Shown: positions 14,894 through 23,210 of the stretch, one piece after another
How positions within the stretch are numbered: position 1 is the first letter of the stretch
Layout: each line of letters begins with the position of its first letter
DNA from: an uncultured Chloroflexia bacterium
GTDB lineage: Bacteria; Chloroflexota; Limnocylindria; Limnocylindrales; CSP1-4
Assembly: GCA_963715295.1 (NCBI GenBank)
Contig: CAVQRP010000006.1
Coordinates: 155,585 to 219,584 of the forward strand
Direction: 5' to 3'
Length of the DNA stretch: 64,000 bases
The notes under the pieces: generated by a model
Seen by the model: the letters and a program-made list of their open reading frames with translations, nothing else
The model's database searches: none
What the model was told of the DNA's origin: nothing
Program-made: the position numbers and the translations under genes

Positions 14894-17800
14894 CTACAGG
14901 CTGGCCTGGAGCTCGTGGACCCGCTGGAGGTGGGCGGTCGCGCCGAGCTCGTCGAGGACGGTCGCAGCCCTGGAGAGGTCCTCGACGGCCGCTTCTGTCT
15001 GCCCAGCCGCGATGCGGTCGCTAGCCCGCTGCTCGTAGAGCTCAGCCTCGGCCAGCCGGTCACCGAACTGGCGGGCCAGCTCGAGGGCGCGCTCGTAGCG
15101 CTCGAACTCGACGCGGCCGACGCCCGACCGGGCCCGGGCCGTCTGCAGCAGTAGCTCGGTCTGCTCGATCTTGACCGGCATGAACTGGCAGAACACGGCC
15201 AGGTCCGCGCTGGCCTCGAAGGCGATGGCCGCCTGGGCCGCGTCGCCATCGCGCAGGTGCTGCTCGCCGATGACGCCGTGGCCGACCATGGCGCAGGCCT
15301 TGTTGCCGACCCGGTCGGCGACCGAGATGGCCTTGGTGGCGTACTCGATGGCGGCGGTCGAATCGCCCCGGATGCCCTCGACGATCCCGCGCGCCAGGTC
15401 GGCGTCGAGGCTGGCGTTGGGATCGCCGCTGAGAACGCCGAGCTCGTAGCCTCGGTCCGTCCACTCGACGGCCTTCTCGAACTCGCCCAGATGGCCGTAG
15501 GCCGTACCCAGTTGTCCCGCGGCCACCGAGGCGATGTAGGGCTGGCCGGACTCGATGAGGGTCGGGATGGCCCGCTCCCATGACTCGATGGCCTCGGCGA
15601 ACTCGCCGGACGCATAGTGGGCCTGCCCGGTGGCCGCGACGGCCATGGCTATCAACTCGGGTGACCCGCTCGCCTCGGCAAGTTCGGTGGCTCGCCGCAG
15701 CGCCGTCGCCAGCTCTGGACTGGAGCGATACTGTTCGCCACTGAGCGCGCGAGTCACGCCGATCTCAAGGTAGGCCCGTGCCGACATCGCCGGGTCTTCC
15801 AGGATCTCGCCATCGGCGATCACCGCTTCGAGAAGCGCCACGGTCTGATCGAGCGGCACGAAGTCGCCACCGGCTTCGGCCTGAAGGTAGCGAAGCTCGG
15901 CCCGCAGGCGCCGGGCCGGCGTGTCGATGGAGTCGTCGTCGGCCAGCAGGGCAAGCGCCCGCCGTGCGAAGTCGACGGCCTCGTGCCGGGCGAACCGTGA
16001 GCGGGCATGGCGAGCGGCGAGCGCCAGGTATTCGATGGCTCGGGCGCGATCCTCGGCTCGCTCGAAGTGGTGAGCGAGCACGGGCGCCATGTCGTCGCGG
16101 TGGTCCCCATACAGCGCCAGCAGCGTCTCCGCGACCTGGATGTGCAGCGAGCGCCGCTCCTGCTTGAGCAGTGACTCGTAGGCCGCGTCCTGGATGAGGG
16201 CATGACGGAAGAGGTACTCGAGTTCAGGCATCGAGGCGGCCAGCGCGATGAGCCCGGCGCCCTCGAGAAGACTCAGCTCACGCCCGATGCCCCCGCCTGA
16301 CCCGGTCGTCACGATGGCTCCTTCACGATCTGGTCGAGCACGCTGACGGGGAAGGTGCGGCCGATGACCGAGGCTACGCGCAGGACCCGGCGTGCCTCGC
16401 TGGGCAGGCGATCGATGCGGGCAAGGAGCAGGCCGTGCAGCGTCTCGGGGATCTCGACATCGACGACCTTGGCGGTCGCGGTCCAGCGGCCGTCCCGCAA
16501 CTCGATAGCCTCGCGGTCGATGAGCATGCGCACGATCTCCTCGACGAAGAGCGGGTTGCCCTCGGCCCGCGCCAGGATCATGGCCCGGGTGGCGGCCGGC
16601 AGGGAATCGATGGCCAGCAGGTTCGCCACCAGGCGCTCGCCGTCCTCGGCCCCCAGCGGCTTGAGGCGAAGGTCGACCAGGGCCTCGCCGAATGCGTCCC
16701 CGGCTGCCCCGATGAGCTGCCAGCCCGGCACCTCGCGCTCTGCGCGACTGGCCACCACCCACAGCACGGGCATGGTAGACAGCGCCGGGACGAGCGGCAG
16801 CAGGAGTGCCACCGAGGCGTCATCGGTCCAGTGCACGTCGTCGCAGACCATGACCACGGGCTGGGTCCGCGCCGCACCCGCGATGAGACTCGAGATGGAC
16901 TCCGTGTAGCGGAGCTGCAGCGTGCGCGGCTCCATGTTCGCCAGCCGTTCCTCGCCGGCCGCGTCCAGCGGCAGCGAGAGGAGGTGGCTGAGGATGGGAC
17001 CGAACTCCGCGGCGTCTCCGCCCACCAGATCGTCGAGTCGGCGTGCCAGCTTCTCGCTGGCCTCGTCGGCGGGGATGCTCTCGAGCGGTTCGGGCAGGCC
17101 CAGCAGCGCGCGGACCAGGTCGATGGCCAGGTGCAGCGGCAGGTTGCGGCCGTAGCTGACCGTGCGGGCCTCGACCCAGCCGAAGCCGTCGGCCTCCGCG
17201 ACATCGCGCAACTCCCGCAGCAGGCGGCTCTTGCCGATGCCCGGCTCGCCCACGACCAGAGCCATGCGGCCGATGCCGCCACGCACGGGGGCGAGGGTGG
17301 CTACGAGCTGCGCCAGCTCGGCATCCCGCCCCACCATTCGACTGCTGAGACCGGCCACGCCGCGTACCGATCTGAGGATGCCCGTACGGCCCAGGACCTC
17401 GTAGGCCTCGACCGGTTCGGCTTTGCCCTTGACGCTCACGGGGCCGACGTGGCGGCTCTCGATCGCGCCGCTCACCCGGCTGTACGTCTCGCCGGTGATC
17501 ATGATGCCGCCGGGCCGGGCCTCCGACTGCATCCGCGCGGCCACGTTCAGCGTGTCGCCGTAGATGCGTGAGTCCCGGGTGGTGCCGCCCGCGGCGGTGT
17601 CGCGCACCACGACCTCGCCGCTGTTGATGCCGACCCGGATCTGGAATTCGATGCCCTGGGGTCGCAGCTCCGCGGCGAACGTGTCGATGCTGCCGACCAT
17701 CTCGATGGCGGAGCTGACCGCCCGGGCGGGGTCGTCCTCGTGGGCCGAGGGCAGACCGAACAGGGCCATGAAGCCATCGCCGGTGTGCGACGCGACCCAG

Positions 17801-18051
17801 CCCTCGTAGCGCTCCACAGCGCTGGTCATGATGGCCATGGCGCGTTCCATGGTCATGGCCCAGTCCTCGGGGTCCATCGCCTCTGCGAGGCTCGTCGAGC
17901 CGACGACGTCGACGAACAAGGCCGTGACCGGACGACGTTCACCCGTTACATGATCAGGCTGCACCACATGGATGCTAGCGGACGGTGCCTGCACCAGTCC
18001 ATCGGACACTGGACGGGTGCCACGCCGGCGACGGGCGTGCTGGAGCTCCAC
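14894..18051 (-). pseudogene. class III adenylate/guanylate cyclase - P-loop ATPase - TPR protein (about 1050 aa), one frame disruption
   Basis: ORF 16309..18051 carries the cyclase domain (VTALFVDVVGST...GDGFMALFG...GINSGEVVV) and P-loop GEPGIGKSRL. ORF 14894..16762 continues in another frame with the conserved helical region and TPR repeats. The frame change is near 16310-16330. Confidence 0.7.
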
Positions 18052-18368
18052 GTTGAGGAGATGCGCATCCTCGGCCGGTTCCCGGTCGCCACAGGCTACC
18101 TAGGCCACCCGGGCCATGTCGGCGTGGTAGGTCGCGACCAGTCGTGCGAAGGCCGCCTCGTCGCCGGCCCCCGCGAGCGCGATCGTGGAGGCGACGACCT
18201 GACCGCCCATCGCCTGAGGGTTCATGTCCTATAGATGCGTCGCGAGTAGATGCGTCGCGAGGCCGTTGTGCTACAGAGTTTCCGCAGATGGGCCGCGAAG
18301 GCGCGTACCCCCTCGCTACTCCAACACGAGTCTCCCAGCGGCGCCAGAGGAGAACGGCCCGTGTCGCG

Positions 18369-18451
18369 TTATCGTGCTATTCGAGCGCTGTAGGCCCTCC
18401 GCTACCGGCTCGAGAGCCGCGCTGTGTACCCTATCCACGCACGAACCTCGT
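18369..18451 (+). repeat. array repeat copy H: left arm and promoter-like segment directly upstream of the intact tRNA-Pro
   Basis: TTATCGTGCTATTCGAGCGCTGTAGGCCC...GCTACCG...GTGTACCCTATCCACGCACGAACCTCGT is homologous to the left arms of copies C, E and G. No right arm follows the tRNA. Confidence 0.85.
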
Positions 18452-18526
18452 CGGGGTGTAGCGCAGAGGTAGCGCACATGCTTTGGGAGCATGAGGTCGC
18501 GGGTTCGATCCCCGCCACCCCGACCA
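18452..18526 (+). tRNA. tRNA-Pro (anticodon UGG), CCA encoded
   Basis: Manual cloverleaf: acceptor CGGGGTG/CACCCCG, D arm GCGC-agaggta-GCGC, anticodon arm CATGC-TTTGGGA-GCATG, variable AGGTC, T arm GCGGG-TTCGATC-CCCGC, discriminator A, then CCA. Confidence 0.9.
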
Positions 18527-18625
18527 TCTTCTTCGACTCTTGCCGCCCGCTCACTCTGTCGTGCCGCGCCTCGAGCTGCTCGCGGTAGCATCGCGAACGT
18601 GGACGAGACTGAAGCCAGGAGGCCG

Positions 18626-19021
18626 GTGAGTGCGCACGCCGAGACCGAGGTCGCCGCGAGCGACCGTGATGTCTGGGCCGTGCTGGCCGACGTCGGAGGC
18701 TGGCCCAGTTGGAATCCCGGCGTCCGCGATGCGGTCATCGATGGCGCGCTGGAGGTCGGCGCGCACCTCCGTTTCGCGACGGGCCCGGGGACGATGTCCT
18801 GCCTCCTGCTCGACGTGGATGCGCCACGCAGGCTGACCTGGTCGGGTCGACTGCTGGGTCTTGGGCATCGGCAGGTCTGGCGCATCGAGCCACGACCGGA
18901 CGGTTGCCTGGTCACGGTCGACGGTGCGATGACCGGCCCTATCGCCTGGCTCTTCAGGCGCCGACTTCGGCCGCCAGCTGCGGCGGGATGTGCACGCCTG
19001 GCTGCGACTGCTCAAGCTTGA
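18626..19021 (+). CDS. SRPBCC (polyketide cyclase/dehydrase-like) family protein; the 3' end may be frame-shifted
   Basis: GTG at 18626 lies 3 nt after AGGAGG; the track ORF start at 18491 falls inside the tRNA. VAASDRDVWAVLADVGGWPSWNPG. From about 18950 another frame reads ADFGRQLRRDVHAWLRLLKLEAE... and ends in a TGA overlapping the next ATG (19073-19076). Confidence 0.6.
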   Translation: MSAHAETEVAASDRDVWAVLADVGGWPSWNPGVRDAVIDGALEVGAHLRFATGPGTMSCLLLDVDAPRRLTWSGRLLGLGHRQVWRIEPRPDGCLVTVDGAMTGPIAWLFRRRLRPPAAAGCARLAATAQA

Positions 19022-19072
19022 GGCAGAGAGCCGGGCTTCCGAAGCCCGCGAGGGAGCGGGGGGCAGCGCCCC

Positions 19073-19426
19073 ATGAACGAGCGCTCGATGCGCAACCTCA
19101 ACCTGGTGTTTCGCTTCATCCTCGAGCTCGTCGTGCTGGTGGCACTCTTCCTGTGGGGGGTCGCGACATCGGGTGAGCTGCTCGTCCGGGTCGTGATGGG
19201 CCTCGCGGCACCGGCCGCCGCCATCGCCATCTGGGGGCTCTTCGTGGCGCCCAAGGCCTCACGTCGCCTGCCTGACCCGCAGCGGCTGGCGGTGGAGACC
19301 GTCGTCTTCGGGGCCGGCGTGCTCGCCTTCGCGTCCCGGGGCGAATGGCTGCTCGCCGTCCTGCTCGCCGCCGCCGCCACCATCAGCCTGGTGCTGATGT
19401 CCTACTGGGGCCAGCGCGGCCGCTGA
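19073..19426 (+). CDS. YrdB/DUF2568 family membrane protein
   Basis: 117 aa with four hydrophobic segments. N-terminal NLVFRFILELVVLVALFLWG is typical of DUF2568. Confidence 0.65.
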   Translation: MNERSMRNLNLVFRFILELVVLVALFLWGVATSGELLVRVVMGLAAPAAAIAIWGLFVAPKASRRLPDPQRLAVETVVFGAGVLAFASRGEWLLAVLLAAAATISLVLMSYWGQRGR

Positions 19427-19629
19427 CCACCACCGCCGACGGGAGCGGTCCAGGCCGCACGGTGTACCGAACGGTTCGAACGTGAAGCACGGACCGGCTC
19501 GGTGGACAGCCCGCCGAGGCTGCCGAGATCGTGGCGGCCACCGAACAGGCTCCGCCCGAAGGGTGTCGATCGGTTCCGTTCGGCAGGGCGCCGTGCCGGA
19601 TCCCCCGACCCCAGAAGGGGATTCGTGCC

Positions 19630-19944
19630 TCAGTCGGCGTCGTCACCATCCTCGCCGTCGTCAGACGGGGTGCCCTCGGGCCCCAGCTGGTCCAGGCCGT
19701 CGATCCCCGCAGCCTCGGCCTCGGGTTCCGGATCGCCGCGGTCGAAGGCAGCCTTGTCCCGCCAGCGAGTGCCGCAGTTCAGGCAGACGATCCCGACCGT
19801 TCCCTCCTGTCTCAGGTCACCCATGCCCACGATGTCCGAGTAGAGCTGGATGCCCATGACATCGATGCGCGGGGGCTCGTCGATGGCCAGCGTGTGCTGC
19901 AGGCAGACCGGGCAGGCCTGCTCGGAACGGGTGATCTCGCTCAT
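19630..19944 (-). CDS. small zinc-ribbon protein with an acidic tail, function unknown
   Basis: Start MSEITRSEQ (ATG at 19944, GAGG upstream). CPVC...CLNC pairs suggest a zinc ribbon. The C-terminus is Asp/Glu/Gly-rich. Confidence 0.5.
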   Translation of the reverse strand: MSEITRSEQACPVCLQHTLAIDEPPRIDVMGIQLYSDIVGMGDLRQEGTVGIVCLNCGTRWRDKAAFDRGDPEPEAEAAGIDGLDQLGPEGTPSDDGEDGDDAD

Positions 19945-20112
19945 GGCTACCTCGTTGGGGCTGACGTTGCCTGCCGTCCACACTAGCAGTCACGAGCAGG
20001 GGCGGCGGGGTAGGGCAGGGCAGTACCATTCGGCCAGCGTGAGCGAGTACTTGTGGTGCAAGAACCTGCCGCACCACGGCCGCACCTGCCAGCGCGGGTC
20101 ATGGGGTAGCGC

Positions 20113-21915
20113 GTGTCCGTAGACCAGATCGTCCTGCTCATCGTCGGGCTCATCGTCATCGCCGCCGTGGCAGTGACGGTGGCCTATGCGACGGCGTACA
20201 CGGGCCGCCGGGAGGGGTCGGGAGCAGCGGGCGAGATCGCCACGACCGGCCTGCGCGACCACGATGATGGCCCCCCGGACCTGCCCCGTGCCAACACCGC
20301 CGCCGCTGCGCCCGCCGGGACGCACCGCGCCGTGACAGCCGGTGGTGGCAACCCGCGGGCCTCGTCCGCTCTCATCTCGCCCACCAGTACCCGCCAGGTG
20401 GCGCGCGTGGTGGCCTTCCTCTATCTCGCTGCCGTGGCCGTGGTGGTGGCGCTTACTGACGCCTGGGCAGACACCGAGCCGGCCATCTTCACGCTGCTCG
20501 CGGTGGGCACCCTGCTGGTGGTCCTCTTCATGGACCTGGTCCCGCCCGCCGCACTGGGGCGCTGGCGCCGGCCGGTCGAGGGCATCGGCGCGGTCGTCTT
20601 CCTGGGCCTGCTCACGGCGCTCACGGGCGGAGCCGGCAGCCCCTTCTTCGTGGGCTACTTCCTGGTCGTGGCCGGCACGGCGCTCTCGACCGAGGGTCGA
20701 GCTCCACTGGCCATCGCGCTGCTGGCCTCGGCCACCGTGGCGCTGGTCGGGATCGTCGATGCCATCGCGTCGCCCATCGATGCCCAGGCGCTGGCCTGGG
20801 TCGGCTTCAACGCCGTCGCGCTGGTGCTGCTGGCGGACATCGCTACCGCAGCATCGCGGGCCCAGCGGCACGCCCGGGATGAGGCCCTGCGAGCGTCCCG
20901 GTTCGACGGCCTGACGGGCCTCTACAACCGGGCCTTCTTCTTCACCACCATGGAGCAGGAGATCCGCCGCTCCGATCGCATGGGTCGCGGCTTCACCATG
21001 CTGATGCTGGACCTGGACGATCTGAAGCCGGTCAACGACACCTTCGGCCACCAGTGGGGCGACCGACTCCTGCGCGCCGTCGCGGACACCATCCGTCAGA
21101 CCATCCGCTTCACCGACGCAGCGGCTCGCTACGGCGGTGACGAGTTCGTCATCCTGCTGCCGGAGACCGATGCTGCGGGCGGCTACGTGGTGGGCGAGAA
21201 GCTGCGCCGCGATATCGCCGCCGTGACACTGCGCGCGGCGGACCGCAACGTCCGTTCGACCGTCTCGGTGGGGCTGGTGACGTATCCGGACGATGGCCGG
21301 ACGATCGAGCAACTGGTCGCCGCCGCGGACGTGGCCATGTACGAATCCAAGCGCCGTGGCAAGAACCGCATCGTGGGCTACCAGACGCGCACCGAGCGGA
21401 TAGCCACGGCCATCGACATCGAGGTCGAGGGCGATGCCATCGCGGAGCTGCCGACCGCTCCGGCCCAGGACGTGCGGACCGGTGGCGACCCAGCGCCGTG
21501 GGGTGCGGTGCCCGTCACCATCGAGCCGACGACCGAAGGGACCCGGGCACCGTCACCCGCTCCGGGCCCGCCCCGCAGCTCCATCCCGCCCCGTAGCCCC
21601 GAGTCTCAAGGGACCCCGGCCGTCGAGGCGCCGGCCACCCGTGCGGACGCCATGCCGCCCGACCGACCCTGGCTGACCCGGACCGGTGATGTCGCGCCAG
21701 CGCCACCGCGACGCCCTGCGTTCGAACCCGGTCAGGCGGCTGAGCCCCGTCCGCCCGAAGCGCCACAGCAGCGACCTGCGGCCGATCTCCGGGCGAGTGG
21801 CGGCAACCCCGGCCGCTCTCCCAGCCGCAGCGAAGAGATCCGCAGCAGCGGCGAGCGTCCCTGGATCGCGCTGCCCATCGAGCCCTGGGAGCCCCCGGAG
21901 CGACCGAACAGCTAG
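20113..21915 (+). CDS. membrane-anchored diguanylate cyclase (GGDEF domain) with a Pro-rich C-terminal tail
   Basis: 600 aa with multiple N-terminal TM segments. DGLTGLYNR, LDLDDLKPVNDTFGH and YGGDEF (intact GGDEF motif). Confidence 0.8.
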   Translation: MSVDQIVLLIVGLIVIAAVAVTVAYATAYTGRREGSGAAGEIATTGLRDHDDGPPDLPRANTAAAAPAGTHRAVTAGGGNPRASSALISPTSTRQVARVVAFLYLAAVAVVVALTDAWADTEPAIFTLLAVGTLLVVLFMDLVPPAALGRWRRPVEGIGAVVFLGLLTALTGGAGSPFFVGYFLVVAGTALSTEGRAPLAIALLASATVALVGIVDAIASPIDAQALAWVGFNAVALVLLADIATAASRAQRHARDEALRASRFDGLTGLYNRAFFFTTMEQEIRRSDRMGRGFTMLMLDLDDLKPVNDTFGHQWGDRLLRAVADTIRQTIRFTDAAARYGGDEFVILLPETDAAGGYVVGEKLRRDIAAVTLRAADRNVRSTVSVGLVTYPDDGRTIEQLVAAADVAMYESKRRGKNRIVGYQTRTERIATAIDIEVEGDAIAELPTAPAQDVRTGGDPAPWGAVPVTIEPTTEGTRAPSPAPGPPRSSIPPRSPESQGTPAVEAPATRADAMPPDRPWLTRTGDVAPAPPRRPAFEPGQAAEPRPPEAPQQRPAADLRASGGNPGRSPSRSEEIRSSGERPWIALPIEPWEPPERPNS

Positions 21916-21965
21916 AGAGGCCCAGCCGTCCACGGACGCCCACAGACGGCTCGCCGCGTCGGCCG

Positions 21966-23207
21966 ATGTACAGTCTGGCGATGGCCCACCACGAGCAGCA
22001 GTCCGGCCAGCCGCAGCGCGGCTTCGGGACGCGTGCCATCAAGGCCGCCACGCGGGTGCCCAGGGTGGAGCAGGGGCCGGCGGCGGTCCCCATCTACCAG
22101 TCGGCCACCTTCCACGCCCAGGACGTGGACGACTACGCCGAGCTGGTCGGCTTCCGCAAGGCGGGCTACACCTACGCGCGCATCGAGAACCCCACCGCCG
22201 ATGCCCTCGGCGCCGCGTTCGCGGAGCTCCACGGTGCTGAGGCGGGCTTCGCGTTCGGCTCCGGGATGGCGGCCATCCACGCCGCCATCCTCTCGCTGGT
22301 CCGCGCCGGTGACCGCATCGTCTGCACGCGGGCCGTGTACGGCAGCACGCGTGCGCTCATGAGCAACGTCTTCGCGCGCCTCGGGGTGGAGGTCGTGTAC
22401 GTCGATCCCACCGACCTCGGGGCGGTCGAGGCCGCGCTGGCTGCCGCCCCCACGCGCCTGCTCTATGCCGAGACCATCTCCAATCCGACCATCGTGGTGG
22501 CTGACCTGTCGCGCCTGGCGGAGCTTGGGCATGCGCACGGCGCCACGTTCGTGGTCGACAACACGTTCGCCTCGCCGTACCTCTGCCGGCCCCTGGAGCT
22601 GGGCGTGGACGTGGTCGTCGAATCGGCGACCAAGTGGTTGAGCGGCCATTCGGACGTCATCGCCGGTGTGGTGGCCGGGCGGCGCGGACTCATCGAGGCC
22701 ATCCGCGGGGTGAGCATCGACACCGGCGGAATCGCCGCGCCCTTCAGCGCCTTCCTGGTGTTGCGCGGCCTGCAGACGCTGCATGTGCGCATGGACCGGC
22801 ACAGCCAGTCGGCGCTGACGCTGGCCAGGGGGCTGGCGGCGCATTCGGCTGTCCGCTCGGTGACCTACCCGGGCCTGCCCAGTCACCCCCAGGCAGAGGT
22901 GGCGGCGCGGCAGCTGCGAGCCGGCGGCGGCATGCTGGCCATCGACCTGAGGGCGCGGGAGGCGGCTGCCGCCTTCATCGATGCGCTGCGCATCCCGCCG
23001 GTCACGGCCACGCTCGGCAGCGTCGTCACCTACGCGGTCCATCCGCCCACGGCCACGCATCGGCAGCTGAGCGAGGAGGAGCTGGCGGCGACGGGCATCC
23101 CGCCGGGCCTGGTGCGCATCTCCGTGGGGCTGGAGGACATCGACGACCTGGTGGTGGACGTGGACCAGGCGCTGTCCGCGGCCGTGGAGGCCGGCGTCAC
23201 CGCCTAG
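21966..23207 (+). CDS. Cys/Met-metabolism PLP-dependent enzyme (cystathionine gamma-synthase / methionine gamma-lyase family)
   Basis: 413 aa with YTYARIENPT and VVESATKWLSGHSD (PLP-lysine motif). Length is typical of the family. Confidence 0.8.
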   Translation: MYSLAMAHHEQQSGQPQRGFGTRAIKAATRVPRVEQGPAAVPIYQSATFHAQDVDDYAELVGFRKAGYTYARIENPTADALGAAFAELHGAEAGFAFGSGMAAIHAAILSLVRAGDRIVCTRAVYGSTRALMSNVFARLGVEVVYVDPTDLGAVEAALAAAPTRLLYAETISNPTIVVADLSRLAELGHAHGATFVVDNTFASPYLCRPLELGVDVVVESATKWLSGHSDVIAGVVAGRRGLIEAIRGVSIDTGGIAAPFSAFLVLRGLQTLHVRMDRHSQSALTLARGLAAHSAVRSVTYPGLPSHPQAEVAARQLRAGGGMLAIDLRAREAAAAFIDALRIPPVTATLGSVVTYAVHPPTATHRQLSEEELAATGIPPGLVRISVGLEDIDDLVVDVDQALSAAVEAGVTA

Positions 23208-23210
23208 GAG

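Noticed and set aside
1709-18526. A regularly recurring direct repeat that might be taken for a CRISPR array.
   Set aside because: The repeat is about 210 bp, not 24-48 bp. The 'spacers' are 0.7-3.6 kb and contain complete genes. No cas genes are present. The repeat contains a tRNA gene fragment.
1709-18526. A classical integron (intI, attI, attC cassettes).
   Set aside because: There is no IntI-like tyrosine recombinase in the window. The repeats are direct, tRNA-derived and about 210 bp, without the R''/L''-L'/R' imperfect-palindrome organisation of attC sites. Cassette genes lie on both strands and at least one has its own promoter. The resemblance is in organisation only.
18491-18625. 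The track ORF start at 18491 for the SRPBCC protein.
   Set aside because: That start codon lies inside the tRNA-Pro gene. A GTG at 18626 with a perfect AGGAGG is the credible start.
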